64,000 nt of DNA from an uncultured Candidatus Thioglobus sp. (GCA_000205985.2 GG730003.1:39-64038), one strand, 5' to 3'. Counted from the first letter of the stretch, positions 10,743-21,901 are shown. Made by a program: numbers and translations. The notes: a model not told the origin generated them from the letters alone.

Positions 10743-11450
10743 ATGGCAAGTTCGCTTCTTATAGCGGACCTCCACCTTGCATCCAGCGAGGAGGATAAAA
10801 CCAATTTATTCATTAAATTCTGCCAAGAACAAGCTTCTAAAGTCGACCAACTATTCATCCTGGGTGATTTATTTAACACTTGGTTGGGCGATGATTTATC
10901 CATCAGTTCGTATCAAAATGTAATTACTCATCTTAAAAAACTCAGCACAGTCACCGATGTCTTTGTCATGACTGGCAATCGTGATTTTTTACTTGGATCC
11001 AATTTTGAGGAAGTGTCTGGTTGCAAATTGATTAGCGAGCCTTATTTTCTTGAAACCAACAATAAACAATACGTCTTGATACACGGCGATGAACTTTGCA
11101 CGGACGATGTTGGCTATCAACAACTTAAAAAAATTCTACAGCACCCAATAACTAAATTTATATTTCTGCATTTAGGGAAAAAATTACGTTTAAAAATCAG
11201 TGGACAATTACGCAAAAAAAGCATTCAAGCTCAAAATTATAAATCCAGTGAAATTATGGACGTCAACCAACTTGCAGTGGATGAGTTAATGAACAAATAT
11301 CCTGATTCTGATCTGATCCATGGGCACACTCATCGACAAGATACGCACATTGGCGATTGTTATACGCGCTACGTATTAGGCGATTGGTCAGCCAGCCAAG
11401 GTAATGCAATTGAAATTAATACCGAGCTAAACTGGCTGGAAATTAACTGA
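10743..11450 (+). CDS. lpxH: UDP-2,3-diacylglucosamine diphosphatase LpxH
   Basis: Calcineurin-like metallophosphoesterase motifs (ADLHL, GDLF, GNRD, HGD, GHTH). Position after ppiB. Confidence 0.9.
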   Translation: MASSLLIADLHLASSEEDKTNLFIKFCQEQASKVDQLFILGDLFNTWLGDDLSISSYQNVITHLKKLSTVTDVFVMTGNRDFLLGSNFEEVSGCKLISEPYFLETNNKQYVLIHGDELCTDDVGYQQLKKILQHPITKFIFLHLGKKLRLKISGQLRKKSIQAQNYKSSEIMDVNQLAVDELMNKYPDSDLIHGHTHRQDTHIGDCYTRYVLGDWSASQGNAIEINTELNWLEIN

Positions 11451-13232
11451 TCGCTCAACCAGATCAACACTGCTTACTCTTAACAACACTTTTTCATCTA
11501 ACCCAGGCAACGTTTTAAACTTAATTTGAGTCATCATACCAATTTCAGGAATCATGAACAGTGCTTTGTCTCCTCGTGTATCCACCACCACGCCCTCTGA
11601 CTGCCATTTAGGATTTTGCATTAAATACAAACACTTGTAATGATCATTGCTGGCGCGCGTAGTTTTACCAATATCTGGCATTGTGGCATTAGTGATGCCA
11701 ATAATTTCCTTAACTTTATCTTTCTCTAATGTTTTTTCACCCGAAATAAAACTTGAAAGTTGTTGATGAACCAATAAGTCCAAATATCTTCTGAGTGGAC
11801 TGGTGACTCTAAGGTAGGCTTCAAGTCCCAGGCCATAATGCTGCAAAGGCTTGGTCGAAGTTGCTGAGCGTTTAAAGCACTTAGTCGCTTTAAACGACGC
11901 TGACAAAGTCAGAGAACCCTTATTGTCCAAAGTTTCTTTCGGGAAATCACCCTCATCTTGAATTGCATAAGGCATAACGATATCATTTTCAACTGAAAAT
12001 TTTGCAATAGCACGCCCTGCCATGATCATCATCTCAGCAATAAGTTCACGACTTTGACTGGATTTTTGAGCAGTAATAGTAACCAAGTCGTCTCTAAATC
12101 TAACGTCCACATTAGGTAAATCCAAGCTAATCGCATTGTGTGCATCTCGATACTGTTTATGCGCCTCAACCACGGCCTTTAATTTTGACAAATGTTTGTT
12201 TTTATCCAAAAAATCGTCAGCCTCATCATAACTGATATTCGTCACTTTAATAAGGCTACGAATAACTTCAATATTATTAATTTCCCCTTCTTCCAAAACA
12301 AAACCAACCGATAATGCATTGGATGTTTCGCTAATACCCAGTGCGCACAGTTCAGTAATTGAAATAGGTAACATGTGCAAGATTTGCTCAGGCAGATAAA
12401 GGTTCGATGCGCGTTCTTGGGCGTAAGCATCCAAATCAGAACCGGGCACAACAATGGCGGACACATCGGCAATGTGCACCCAAATTTTATCACCATCAAT
12501 ACTAATGGCATCATCGGCATCAGTTGATCCGACATTATCAATCGCATAACTGTGTAAATGCGTTAGATCCGTACGATCAACTTCAGGTGAATTAACTTCG
12601 ATTTCCTCATCTTTTGGAACATCAAAACGCGCAGGATAAGGGTTAAAACTAGGATCAAAATACTTAAGTCTTAAGAGTAGCTTGTACGCAGCCTCTGGTG
12701 TGTTTTCAATGTTTATGGCTGAAAGTATCTTGGTGTGTTTTGATTGATTAAGTGCCACTTTTTCAATCTGTTGAATATAGGGAAGATCCTGCTCATCATA
12801 AATATTGTTGGTAATGTTATCAATGCAATGAGCAAGATTCTTAAGCTCGAGCGCTTCGGCGTCGCGCTTGGCTTGAATGTTTTCAACCTGTTCGGCTGGT
12901 CGTACAAAAATTTTGTCTTTTTGCCAATAGAAATACAAACCATCTTCAACCAACAAACAAGTGCACCATGCATTTTGAGCCGTGTATTCGTCAAACAACC
13001 ATTCGGTGATTTCTTGTAGAGTTAGAGTTTCTTCTTGAAAATCACTAAGTACAGCAACGTCTGCATGTGTGCACGACTCATTAACTTTAATAAATTCGGA
13101 ATGAATAAACCGGAAATCTTTTTCTCGAACCTTGCGCGTCGAACCGTCCGCAAATTCTAATTCGAATTTGTGAGTGTTTTGGCTAACAATGCGCGAAGGT
13201 TTGCCTTTATAGGCAACCAAAGAATTGATCAA
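11427..13232 (-). CDS. RNB-domain exoribonuclease (RNase II/R family)
   Basis: 601 aa with the RNB catalytic motif (AIDNVGSTDADDAISIDGD) and SPLRRYLDLLVHQQL. Its 3' end overlaps the convergent lpxH by 24 nt. Confidence 0.8.
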   Translation of the reverse strand: MINSLVAYKGKPSRIVSQNTHKFELEFADGSTRKVREKDFRFIHSEFIKVNESCTHADVAVLSDFQEETLTLQEITEWLFDEYTAQNAWCTCLLVEDGLYFYWQKDKIFVRPAEQVENIQAKRDAEALELKNLAHCIDNITNNIYDEQDLPYIQQIEKVALNQSKHTKILSAINIENTPEAAYKLLLRLKYFDPSFNPYPARFDVPKDEEIEVNSPEVDRTDLTHLHSYAIDNVGSTDADDAISIDGDKIWVHIADVSAIVVPGSDLDAYAQERASNLYLPEQILHMLPISITELCALGISETSNALSVGFVLEEGEINNIEVIRSLIKVTNISYDEADDFLDKNKHLSKLKAVVEAHKQYRDAHNAISLDLPNVDVRFRDDLVTITAQKSSQSRELIAEMMIMAGRAIAKFSVENDIVMPYAIQDEGDFPKETLDNKGSLTLSASFKATKCFKRSATSTKPLQHYGLGLEAYLRVTSPLRRYLDLLVHQQLSSFISGEKTLEKDKVKEIIGITNATMPDIGKTTRASNDHYKCLYLMQNPKWQSEGVVVDTRGDKALFMIPEIGMMTQIKFKTLPGLDEKVLLRVSSVDLVERSVNFQPV

Positions 13233-13238
13233 AGGTAA

Positions 13239-13613
13239 TTAGTCCAGAGTTTTTGAGTAAGTAGCGGCGTCCATTAAACCGTCGATACCATCCGACTTAA
13301 ACTTCACCAACCAGCCATCATCGTAACAACTTGAGTTAACCAATTCTGGCTCGCCGTCTAGCACCTCATTAGCTTCTACAATTTCCAAATCAGCAGGTGC
13401 ATAAACACCACTGGCCGCTTTGACAGATTCCACCACGCAAAATTCATCTTCTGCTGAAGCTTCGTCACCAGCACTCGGTAATTCAACGTACACCATGTCA
13501 CCCAACAAAGCTTGAGCATGATCAGAGATTCCCATGGTGTAGGTGCCATCGCCATTGTCTAAAATCCATTCGTGGGTTTCGGTGTATTGTCTGTCGTCTC
13601 TTACTTCGCTCAT
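13239..13613 (-). CDS. gcvH: Glycine cleavage system protein H
   Basis: 124 aa with the lipoyl-attachment motif ESVKAAS. Confidence 0.95.
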   Translation of the reverse strand: MSEVRDDRQYTETHEWILDNGDGTYTMGISDHAQALLGDMVYVELPSAGDEASAEDEFCVVESVKAASGVYAPADLEIVEANEVLDGEPELVNSSCYDDGWLVKFKSDGIDGLMDAATYSKTLD

Positions 13614-13803
13614 ACTCTTTACTGCGTCTTTTCCCTTTCTACTGTGTTAGGCTTTAAAAACACTCAGTCGTGTAGGATAACTACACTCTTTCGTATTTTG
13701 AAAATCTGCCTTGTACTCTGTTCAGTACCCCCTTGAGGGGTAGAAAAGAAAAATACTTGCAAACTCCTGTTGTTAATTAATAATTATTCTTCATTTTTGC
13801 TGT

Positions 13804-14880
13804 TTAAACTAATACTTTGCCATCTCGAACAAATGGTGGTTTGACTATTTTAGCGGAAACTTGTTTATTCCGCATCTCAATTTCACACGATCCAACAGCG
13901 CCCATTGGCATACTCGCCAATGCAATGGCTTTTCCCATGGTTGGTGAAAAAGTGCCTGAAGTCACTTTACCTTCACCAAGACTAGTCAGAACTTTTTGAT
14001 GATCACGAATCACACCTTTTCCTTCTAATACCAAACCAACAATGGTTTTTTTAACGCCTTTGTCTCTAAGAGCTTCTAACGCATCACGACCAACAAAATG
14101 TCGATCCTCATCAGATAAATCTACCGTCCAAGTGAGTGCCGCTTCCAAAGGTGAAACCTGATCGTTCATTTCTGAGCCGTACAAGCTCATGCCAGCCTCT
14201 AATCTAAGCGTATCACGAGCACCTAATCCACATGGTTTAACGCCCACTTCAAGCAGCATTTTCCAAGTAAATTCAGCTGACTTTTCAGGCAGCATAATCT
14301 CGAATCCATCCTCGCCAGTGTAACCCGTTCTAGCAATAAACAAGCTGCCTAAACTCGCTGCATTAAAAGGTTTAAGTTCACCGCACACATCCTCCACACC
14401 AGGCATGGCTTCAAATACTTTTGCTCGTGCATTAGGGCCTTGAACAGCAATCATAGCTAAATCAAATTTAGGCTCGACTGATACATCAAAGCCTTCAGCT
14501 TGGGTGTTAATCCAGGCAATATCCTTTTCAGTTGTGCCTGCATTAATCACCATGCGGTAATCTTCATCATTTAAATAATAAACGATCAAATCGTCAACCA
14601 CGCCACCTTTTTCATTAAGCATACAACTGTACAAAGCCTTGCCCTCTGTCTTTAACTTATCGACATCATTGGCAATTAACGTTTGCAAAAAAACTTTAGC
14701 TTGCAGGCCTTTAAAATCCACCACAGTCATGTGCGAAACATCAAACATGCCGGCATCGTTGCGTACTTGATGATGCTCCTCGATTTGTGAGCCATAATTT
14801 AGCGGCATTTCCCAGCCACCAAAATCGACCATTTTTCCACCTGCATCAATGTGTGCTTGGTATAAAGGCGTGTGCTTCAT
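13804..14880 (-). CDS. gcvT: Glycine cleavage system aminomethyltransferase GcvT
   Basis: 358 aa. TPLY..H...G.KMV.FGGW.MP..Y is the canonical GcvT N-terminus. Confidence 0.95.
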   Translation of the reverse strand: MKHTPLYQAHIDAGGKMVDFGGWEMPLNYGSQIEEHHQVRNDAGMFDVSHMTVVDFKGLQAKVFLQTLIANDVDKLKTEGKALYSCMLNEKGGVVDDLIVYYLNDEDYRMVINAGTTEKDIAWINTQAEGFDVSVEPKFDLAMIAVQGPNARAKVFEAMPGVEDVCGELKPFNAASLGSLFIARTGYTGEDGFEIMLPEKSAEFTWKMLLEVGVKPCGLGARDTLRLEAGMSLYGSEMNDQVSPLEAALTWTVDLSDEDRHFVGRDALEALRDKGVKKTIVGLVLEGKGVIRDHQKVLTSLGEGKVTSGTFSPTMGKAIALASMPMGAVGSCEIEMRNKQVSAKIVKPPFVRDGKVLV

Positions 14881-15524
14881 TTTTTTTCCTTAATGTATTT
14901 TGAGATAAAAACCACGGTAATAATAATCAGTACAAACGTTAGTCCCATGGTACCAAAAAGCTTAAAGTTAACCCACGACTCTTCCGTCTGCTGAGCGATA
15001 TTACAAAGTTGCTCCGCGGTAGTTGCACTACAATCCAATTCTGTTAGTTCAATTTTAGGGTCGATTTCAGTAGCGCCAAATAGTGCGTCTCTAGCGTCCA
15101 ATGCAAAATTCACATAATAAGCATTAACAATAGCAATCCCAGTAAAGCCAACGCCCCAAAGCCACGTCAGCTGATTCCACACTTGGGGTGGCAAGGTCAA
15201 CTCTTTACCCAGCATTCTTTGCAAGAGTGTTTTTTTGCCGACCCACATGCTTATGATCAGCGCAACTGCAAACACTACATACAGCACGCTCACTTTCCAC
15301 ATTAAAAATGCAGGATCTCGAAGAGCTAAGGTTACACCGCCTAACACTACCAGCAACCCAAACGTGATTAAATGTGAATTTTCAAACTTGCCTGTTTGAT
15401 AGCGCGTAACCGTCATTTGCAATGCCGTTGCACCAATCATGGCATAAATAGCCGCGTACAGGCCTATGGTTTTATAAACAATAAAAAATAAAGCAATTGG
15501 GAAAAAATCAAGTAAAAATTTCAT
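14877..15524 (-). CDS. yciB: Intracellular septation protein A (YciB/IspZ family), with an extra C-terminal-proximal insert
   Basis: [18 protein letters not shown] is the family N-terminus, followed by five TM segments. At 215 aa it is longer than the usual ~180 aa. Confidence 0.75.
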   Translation of the reverse strand: MKFLLDFFPIALFFIVYKTIGLYAAIYAMIGATALQMTVTRYQTGKFENSHLITFGLLVVLGGVTLALRDPAFLMWKVSVLYVVFAVALIISMWVGKKTLLQRMLGKELTLPPQVWNQLTWLWGVGFTGIAIVNAYYVNFALDARDALFGATEIDPKIELTELDCSATTAEQLCNIAQQTEESWVNFKLFGTMGLTFVLIIITVVFISKYIKEKK

Positions 15525-15527
15525 TGT

Positions 15528-15758
15528 TTACTCCAGATGCTCTTTTGAACAATACACTTTGCCGTTTTGAATGATGGCTTCGTTTTCTGGAATGCGCATA
15601 TCACAAACACTGCAGGCCAACATCTTACTGCCAGAAGGTGGGTTTTGATCCAGACTATTTTTAGGCTTTCTTAGTTTTTTAAACAAACTAAATCCTAACC
15701 AAATAACCAGTACAACGATAATTAACTTAATAAGGCCCATGGAATTCAACGCAGACAA
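15528..15758 (-). CDS. PP0621-family small membrane/zinc-ribbon protein
   Basis: 76 aa with an N-terminal TM helix and a C-terminal CxxC...YCSxEH motif. Commonly linked to yciB. Confidence 0.6.
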   Translation of the reverse strand: MSALNSMGLIKLIIVVLVIWLGFSLFKKLRKPKNSLDQNPPSGSKMLACSVCDMRIPENEAIIQNGKVYCSKEHLE

Positions 15759-15814
15759 AAAATCGAATTTTACCGTTACTTAGTATATAATTCCTTGTTT
15801 TTCGCAAGCCCTTT

Positions 15815-15901
15815 GCCCGGGTGGTGAAATTGGTAGACACACAGGACTTAAAATCCTGCGCCTTCACGGGCGTGCCGGTTCGATTCCGGCCCCGGGCACC
15901 A
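15815..15901 (+). tRNA. tRNA-Leu (anticodon UAA)
   Basis: 87-nt class II tRNA. Acceptor GCCCGGG/CCCGGGC, anticodon loop CTTAAAA, long variable arm, T-arm GGTTCGATTCC, and an encoded CCA. Confidence 0.93.
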
Positions 15902-15945
15902 TTAAATTTCGTATAATTAAGACATTCAAAACACAATACTTAATT

Positions 15946-16353
15946 ATGCAAAAACAAATCATATTAACCGACAAAGCGCCCCAGGCCATTGGTACTTATT
16001 CTCAAGCCGTGTGCGTTACGGGTGGATCAACCATTTATTTATCGGGTCAAATTCCTTTAGTGCCAGAAACCATGGAAATGGTTGAGGGTAATATCAACGC
16101 CCAGATTCATCAAGTATTCAAGAATCTATCGGCTGTTTGTGAAACCACTAAAGGCAGTCTGAATGACATTGTCAAGCTCAATGTATATTTAACAGATCTT
16201 AATAATTTTCCCATTGTTAATGAAATTATGGCCACTTACTTTGATGAACCTTACCCTGCACGTGCAGCGGTTGGCATTAATGAACTGCCTAAAGGCGCAA
16301 TGGTTGAAATGGATGCTGTGATGGTAATAGAGCCTTGTGATTACACCTATTAA
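15946..16353 (+). CDS. ridA: RidA/YjgF-family reactive enamine/imine deaminase
   Basis: [13 protein letters not shown]...GQIP...PAR..VGI..LPKGA.VE are the family motifs. Confidence 0.85.
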   Translation: MQKQIILTDKAPQAIGTYSQAVCVTGGSTIYLSGQIPLVPETMEMVEGNINAQIHQVFKNLSAVCETTKGSLNDIVKLNVYLTDLNNFPIVNEIMATYFDEPYPARAAVGINELPKGAMVEMDAVMVIEPCDYTY

Positions 16354-16367
16354 ACTATGCTCACAGG

Positions 16368-18434
16368 ATGTATGAACTTTCTGATTCGATAATTTCGATA
16401 AATGGACTAGGGCCAAAAGCACAAGAAAAACTCAATGCCATTGGCATTTACAACTTGGAACACTTGCTGTTTCATTTGCCGCATCGCTATCAAAACAAAA
16501 CAAAAATAACTAAATTAAACCAAGCTCAAGTAGGTGATGAAATACTCGTCGAGCTCACCATTGATCGCACTGAAGAAGTGCCTACTCGACAGCGTCAGTT
16601 ATTGTGCTATTTATCGGATAATGATAATCGCACATTACTGCTTCGATTTTTTCACTTTAATCAGTATCAAAAACAAAATCTAACACGGGGTGAAACGATT
16701 CAATGTTTTGGTGAGATGAAAATCGGGCGTGACGGTCTAGAGATGCATCACCCTGAGTATCGACTGATTTCAAAAGGCCAGACAAATCTATTGGAAAAAA
16801 CACTGAGTCCTATTTATCCTCTAACGGCTAATATTCACCAAGCTCAACTAAAAAAATGGATTGACATTGCCCTAGAAACTTTGCAAAAATCCGATTTGAT
16901 CGACAATTTCGAAAATTTGTCAAAAAATTCCATGCCCACACTCAAGCAAGCACTAAACACGCTACATCACCCACAAATTAATGAAAATATCGACCAAATA
17001 GCCGATTTTAAGCACATTTCACAGCAAAGACTCATTATTGAAGAGCTCTGCGCCCATCAATTAAGCCTGTTAAAGCTTAAAAATGAACGCAAACACAAAA
17101 TTTCTAATATTTTTGAGTTAAAAACTCAACTATCAGATCAGTTATTGAATGATTTAGGCTTTAAATTAACCAATGCTCAACGACGTAGCATTGATGAAAT
17201 CAATACTGACATCAGCTCGCCGCACCCAATGTTAAGACTGCTTCAGGGTGATGTTGGTTCGGGCAAAACCATCGTTGCAGTATTTGCTTGCTTGCAAGCG
17301 GTTGAAAATAGTTTTCAAGCGGCGATCATGGCACCGACTGAAATATTGGCCGCCCAACATTTGCAAGGATTTTCGAATTACCTCGCCCCTTTAGGAATTG
17401 ATGTCGCTTTTTTAACAGGCTCTCAAAATACATCCCAAAGAGCTGAACAACTTAACAAAATTAAATCGGGACAAGCGCAAGTAATCATTGGCACCCACGC
17501 TTTGTTTCAAGAAGCGGTTACTTTTAATAAGCTAGGTCTGGTGGTGATTGATGAGCAACATAAGTTTGGCGTGCACCAGCGACTATCTCTCGCACAAAAA
17601 GCACACAACACACCGCATCAACTGGTAATGACAGCCACCCCAATTCCTCGTTCACTGACCATGAGTGCTTATGCGGATTTAGATTCATCGATTATCGATG
17701 AACTACCACCTGGTAGAAAACCAGTTAAAACCATTGCCATTAGTGCTGATCGCAAAAACGAGGTGATTAAAAAAATTAAACAAGTTTGCAATGACAACAA
17801 CCAAGTATATTGGGTTTGTACACTGATCGAAGAATCTGAAGTTCTTCGAGCGGAGTCTGCCATCAATACCCATCATTATTTGCAGGAAAATTTACCCAAT
17901 TTATCAGTTGTGTTGATTCATGGGAAAATGAATAAAGATGAAAAATCTGAAATTATGCGCCAATTCTCAGCCAATAAGATTGATGTCCTGGTTGCCACAA
18001 CGGTGATTGAAGTCGGTGTTAATGTGCCTAATGCTTCTCTCATGGTGATTGAAAATTCTGAAAGATTAGGATTGGCACAACTGCATCAACTCAGAGGTCG
18101 AGTGGGCCGAGGTGCCGATGCTAGTATTTGCATCCTAATGTATCAAACGCCTCTGAGTGCAAATGCTACTGAACGACTCGACATCCTTAGGCAAACTAAC
18201 GATGGATTTGCCATTGCGCAAAAAGACTTAGAGCTTCGAGGACCGGGCGAGATTTTAGGCACACAACAAACGGGCATTGCTGATATGAAAATTGCCAACA
18301 TTGTGCGCGATGGTTATTTAATGAATCAAGTGCGTTATTATTCTGAACATTTTCTACAACTCGATGAAAACCGACAGCAATCATTAATCACACGCTGGAT
18401 TACGGATGACAAAACTCAATACGCCAATACTTAA
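16368..18434 (+). CDS. recG: ATP-dependent DNA helicase RecG
   Basis: 688 aa with a wedge domain, then SF2 helicase motifs (GDVGSGKT, DEQH, TATPIPR, QLHQLRGRVGRG). Confidence 0.95.
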   Translation: MYELSDSIISINGLGPKAQEKLNAIGIYNLEHLLFHLPHRYQNKTKITKLNQAQVGDEILVELTIDRTEEVPTRQRQLLCYLSDNDNRTLLLRFFHFNQYQKQNLTRGETIQCFGEMKIGRDGLEMHHPEYRLISKGQTNLLEKTLSPIYPLTANIHQAQLKKWIDIALETLQKSDLIDNFENLSKNSMPTLKQALNTLHHPQINENIDQIADFKHISQQRLIIEELCAHQLSLLKLKNERKHKISNIFELKTQLSDQLLNDLGFKLTNAQRRSIDEINTDISSPHPMLRLLQGDVGSGKTIVAVFACLQAVENSFQAAIMAPTEILAAQHLQGFSNYLAPLGIDVAFLTGSQNTSQRAEQLNKIKSGQAQVIIGTHALFQEAVTFNKLGLVVIDEQHKFGVHQRLSLAQKAHNTPHQLVMTATPIPRSLTMSAYADLDSSIIDELPPGRKPVKTIAISADRKNEVIKKIKQVCNDNNQVYWVCTLIEESEVLRAESAINTHHYLQENLPNLSVVLIHGKMNKDEKSEIMRQFSANKIDVLVATTVIEVGVNVPNASLMVIENSERLGLAQLHQLRGRVGRGADASICILMYQTPLSANATERLDILRQTNDGFAIAQKDLELRGPGEILGTQQTGIADMKIANIVRDGYLMNQVRYYSEHFLQLDENRQQSLITRWITDDKTQYANT

Positions 18435-18464
18435 AGCAGTCGATTAACGTAAAATAATCAACCT

Positions 18465-18935
18465 ATGATTAATACGCAAGATTTAGTATGGCAAGATTTA
18501 GATCAAGCCAATAATGTGCCTGATAATGTTATGATGTGGCTTGATGACAAAGAATCATTAACCGCTAAACTGAAACAAAAATTCGATGATTTTGCCGTGA
18601 ACGTGTTATCACAAACTCAAAAAAAACCGCACACTAATGAAAGTGATGTTCTTGGTTTTGAGGGTGGGTCGATCATTCGTGAAGTGGAATTACTGGGCAA
18701 TGGAGAAGTAATGGTGTTTGCGCGATCCGTTATTCCGGTGAACGACGATACCAATGATTTGCTCTTAATTGGATCCAAACCTTTGGGTGAAATGTTGTTT
18801 AACAACCCTAATATTCAACGTGGAAAGCTACAAATTACACACACTGGTAATGTCTGGGGCAGGAGATCTGTGTTCAGCATTGGTCGTACCAAACTTTTAG
18901 TCAGCGAATTCTTTTTGGAAATTCTCTATGCGTGA
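18465..18935 (+). CDS. ubiC: Chorismate pyruvate-lyase (UbiC-like)
   Basis: 156 aa with UbiC-like motifs (SLTAKL, REV.L, PLGE.LF). Moderate similarity judged by eye only. Confidence 0.55.
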   Translation: MINTQDLVWQDLDQANNVPDNVMMWLDDKESLTAKLKQKFDDFAVNVLSQTQKKPHTNESDVLGFEGGSIIREVELLGNGEVMVFARSVIPVNDDTNDLLLIGSKPLGEMLFNNPNIQRGKLQITHTGNVWGRRSVFSIGRTKLLVSEFFLEILYA

Positions 18936-19641
18936 TCAAATTTTTTCCAAAAAAACAGATTTAGTCGATTTTACTTTTGATGCACAGGTAGCCGATGTGT
19001 TTGATGACATGGTAAGGCGCTCCGTTCCCGGCTACCAAACTTTAATAGAAATGTTGGGGCTACTAGTCAGAACCTATTCTCAAGACAACACCAACTATTA
19101 CGATCTTGGGGCTTCAACGGGCGCTGTGTCTTTGGCATTAGGTATCAATAGGCCGCACAAAAACAATCGCATAATCGCCGTTGATAATTCCGTTGATATG
19201 GTGGAAAAATGTAAATCAAACTTAGACGGTAAAATAACAAACTTTGATGTTATTTGTAGTGATATTAAAGACATTTGCTTTGATAATGCTTCTATCGTGG
19301 TTTTAAACTTAACCTTGCAATTCATCATTCCAGAACAACGACAAACCCTAATTAATAAAATTCATCAAGGATTGAACCCAGGTGGGGTTTTAGTTGTTTC
19401 AGAGAAAATTCATTTTGATGATGCGCAAAAACAAGCCAAAATCACCAGACTCCATTTGGATTTTAAACGCGCCAATGGTTACAGCGAATTAGAGATTGCA
19501 ACCAAGCGTCAATCCATTGAAAATGTGCTGATTACCGATAACCAACAAACTCACTTTGAACGATTTAAAACCGCTGGATTTAGTCAAAGCATTTGTCATT
19601 TTCAGTGTCTTAATTTTGCCTCATTTTTAGCGGTTAAATAG
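18928..19641 (+). CDS. cmoA: Carboxy-S-adenosyl-L-methionine synthase CmoA
   Basis: [23 protein letters not shown] is the CmoA signature. SAM-MTase fold motif DLGASTG. Confidence 0.88.
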   Translation: MRDQIFSKKTDLVDFTFDAQVADVFDDMVRRSVPGYQTLIEMLGLLVRTYSQDNTNYYDLGASTGAVSLALGINRPHKNNRIIAVDNSVDMVEKCKSNLDGKITNFDVICSDIKDICFDNASIVVLNLTLQFIIPEQRQTLINKIHQGLNPGGVLVVSEKIHFDDAQKQAKITRLHLDFKRANGYSELEIATKRQSIENVLITDNQQTHFERFKTAGFSQSICHFQCLNFASFLAVK

Positions 19642-19660
19642 CGGTAAAATACCAATCAAT

Positions 19661-20242
19661 ATGCTTTTAATGATTGACAATTACGACTCATTTACCTACA
19701 ACTTAGTTCAGTACTTTGGTGAACTGGGACAAGAGGTTGAAGTGCATCGTAATGATGAAATTAGTTTGCAAGAAATTGAGAAACTTGCCCCTGAATTTTT
19801 AGTGATTTCCCCTGGTCCATGCACTCCTAATGAAGCCGGAATATCCATAGAAGCCATTAAACATTTCTCTAATAAAGTGCCAATTTTAGGTGTTTGTTTA
19901 GGCTTTCAGGCAATGGTACAAGCCTATGGCGGAAAAATTATTGGTGCAAAAAAAATCATGCATGGAAAAGTATCCGCCGTTCATCACACGGGCAAAGGTG
20001 TTTTCTCTAATTTAAAAAATCCTTTGAATGCAACACGGTATCATTCACTGGTAGCGGATCAATCCAGTCTGCCAGATTGTTTTGAAATCACCTCTTGGAC
20101 CAATGATGATAATGGCAATGTCGATGAAATCATGGGCATTAAACATAAAGAATTTGCCATTGAAGGTGTGCAGTTCCACCCAGAGTCCATCTTGACGGAA
20201 CAAGGTCATGAAATGTTGGGCAATTTTTTACACCAAAAATAA
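19661..20242 (+). CDS. Glutamine amidotransferase component II of anthranilate/aminodeoxychorismate synthase (TrpG/PabA)
   Basis: 193 aa. [20 protein letters not shown] and FHPES are class-I GATase motifs. Confidence 0.9.
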   Translation: MLLMIDNYDSFTYNLVQYFGELGQEVEVHRNDEISLQEIEKLAPEFLVISPGPCTPNEAGISIEAIKHFSNKVPILGVCLGFQAMVQAYGGKIIGAKKIMHGKVSAVHHTGKGVFSNLKNPLNATRYHSLVADQSSLPDCFEITSWTNDDNGNVDEIMGIKHKEFAIEGVQFHPESILTEQGHEMLGNFLHQK

Positions 20243-20253
20243 AACGGAAAACC

Positions 20254-20673
20254 ATGGAAATAATTGAATTTTTACTGGCTAGTGAGCAAATGCTGACAAC
20301 GGGCACATTGGTTGTTTTAATTGCGTTACTGATTGGTAATGTCATTGCGGATAAATTTAGAAAATATGAAATTGTTGATGCCACTGGCGCCATTAAGCTT
20401 ATGGACGACAAGGGTTTAATCGTTCTTGATGTTAGAGAGTCAAAAGAAAGAAAAACCGGATTCATTGCCAACGACGTTCACATTCCACTGGCGCAAGTAA
20501 AAAACAAATTAAGTACGTTGGATAAGAACAAAAAAGTATTGGTTTATTGCCGTAGTGGCTCTCGTTCAGCGCACATTGCAGGGCTGTTAACACGTAACGA
20601 GTTTGAGCAAGTGTACAACCTAAAAGGCGGTATTCAAGCTTGGAAAAAAGCCAATTTGCCCATCAAAAAATAG
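20254..20673 (+). CDS. Membrane-anchored rhodanese-domain protein (YibN-like)
   Basis: N-terminal TM helix and the rhodanese active-site loop CRSGSRS. Lies upstream of grxC as in the E. coli yibN-grxC cluster. Confidence 0.8.
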   Translation: MEIIEFLLASEQMLTTGTLVVLIALLIGNVIADKFRKYEIVDATGAIKLMDDKGLIVLDVRESKERKTGFIANDVHIPLAQVKNKLSTLDKNKKVLVYCRSGSRSAHIAGLLTRNEFEQVYNLKGGIQAWKKANLPIKK

Positions 20674-20682
20674 GTTGTAACC

Positions 20683-20934
20683 ATGAAAAAAAATTTTATT
20701 TATTGTTCCGATGCTTGTCCTTTTTGTCAAAGAGCGTATCAATTGCTAGAACGCAAAGGCATCCCTTTTAAAAAACACTATGTTAAAGACCAAAGTGATT
20801 GGGATGAAGTAATGGAAAAAACTGGCAGAACCACCGTGCCTCAAGTGTTTATCAATGGTATTCATGTGGGTGGGTTTGATGATTTATCTGCCGCCGAACA
20901 GTCCGGCAAACTTGATGAGATATTAAATGGCTAA
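20683..20934 (+). CDS. grxC: Glutaredoxin 3
   Basis: 83 aa with the CPFC active site, TVPQVFI and GGFDD. Confidence 0.9.
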   Translation: MKKNFIYCSDACPFCQRAYQLLERKGIPFKKHYVKDQSDWDEVMEKTGRTTVPQVFINGIHVGGFDDLSAAEQSGKLDEILNG

Positions 20935-21901
20935 TCTTTCCATTCTTGGCTCAGGTGCTTGGGGCAGCGCATTGTCCATTGCGTTATCCGATAATTTTGA
21001 AAAAATTTATTTGCACGCATACACCGAAGAAGAGGCTAAATCACTCTCACCCAAACACCCTGCTTTATCCGTTAATTACCCTGATAATGTTGAATTAACT
21101 TCTGATTTATCGCCCATTCAACACTCGCAAAGTGTTTTGATTGCAGTGCCCAGTTACGGATTCGGGTCAACCTTAGAAACCATCCAGCCCTTGCTCACAT
21201 CGAAGCATAATGTGGCTTGGGTAACCAAAGGTTTTGACACTGATAAAGGGCGGTTCTTACATGAAAGTTTTGAAGCCATTCTAAACGATCATTTTAGTTG
21301 CGCCATATCTGGCCCTAGTTTTGCATTTGAAGTGGCGACTCGTAAACCAACCGCTTTAACGGTAGCGTCACTTGACAAAAACACTCGCGACTATTGGTCA
21401 AAAGCACTACACACAAAAACACTAAGAACCTACACTAATGAGGACATCATTGGTGTAGAGGTGGGTGGTTCGCTCAAAAATATTCTTGCCATTGCCGCAG
21501 GCATTGCAGCAGGGTTGGGCTTTGGCGCCAATACGCAAGCAGCACTCATCACTAGAGGCTTGGCTGAAATGATCCGATTAGGGAAAAGCCTAGGTGCCCA
21601 TGAGCGTACTTTTAACGGCTTATCAGGTTTGGGTGATTTAGTGCTTACCTGCTCAGACGATCTATCCAGAAACCGTCGATTTGGAAAAGAATTGGCTAAC
21701 AATCAAAGTGTCGAGCAAGCACTGGACAACGTGGGGGCAACTGTTGAAGGATTAAATACCCTAGAATTAGTATTGTCCATCGCCAAGAAAAACAAAGTTG
21801 AACTGCCCATTTGCGAACAAGTGTATCAAGTAACTCAAGGCAATGTCACCCCTACTCAGGCCGTCACCCAACTGATGTTAAGAGACCAAATTAAAGAATG
21901 A
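20927..21901 (+). CDS. gpsA: NAD(P)H-dependent glycerol-3-phosphate dehydrogenase
   Basis: GSGAWGSAL Rossmann motif, GSLKNILAIAAG, and LTC.S..SRNRRFG. Confidence 0.93.
   Translation: MANLSILGSGAWGSALSIALSDNFEKIYLHAYTEEEAKSLSPKHPALSVNYPDNVELTSDLSPIQHSQSVLIAVPSYGFGSTLETIQPLLTSKHNVAWVTKGFDTDKGRFLHESFEAILNDHFSCAISGPSFAFEVATRKPTALTVASLDKNTRDYWSKALHTKTLRTYTNEDIIGVEVGGSLKNILAIAAGIAAGLGFGANTQAALITRGLAEMIRLGKSLGAHERTFNGLSGLGDLVLTCSDDLSRNRRFGKELANNQSVEQALDNVGATVEGLNTLELVLSIAKKNKVELPICEQVYQVTQGNVTPTQAVTQLMLRDQIKE

Noticed and set aside
11427-11450. 24-nt convergent overlap of lpxH and the RNB-domain gene as a regulatory feature
   Set aside because: Short convergent overlaps are common in compact genomes. 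No additional structure was seen.
13614-13803. Glycine riboswitch in the gcv operon
   Set aside because: The position is atypical (between gcvT and gcvH rather than upstream of gcvT). I could not find the conserved aptamer cores, so it is kept only as an unexplained structured spacer.
15727-15936. 69-aa minus-strand ORF
   Set aside because: It is antisense to the tRNA-Leu gene (15815-15901). The tRNA cloverleaf explains the region.
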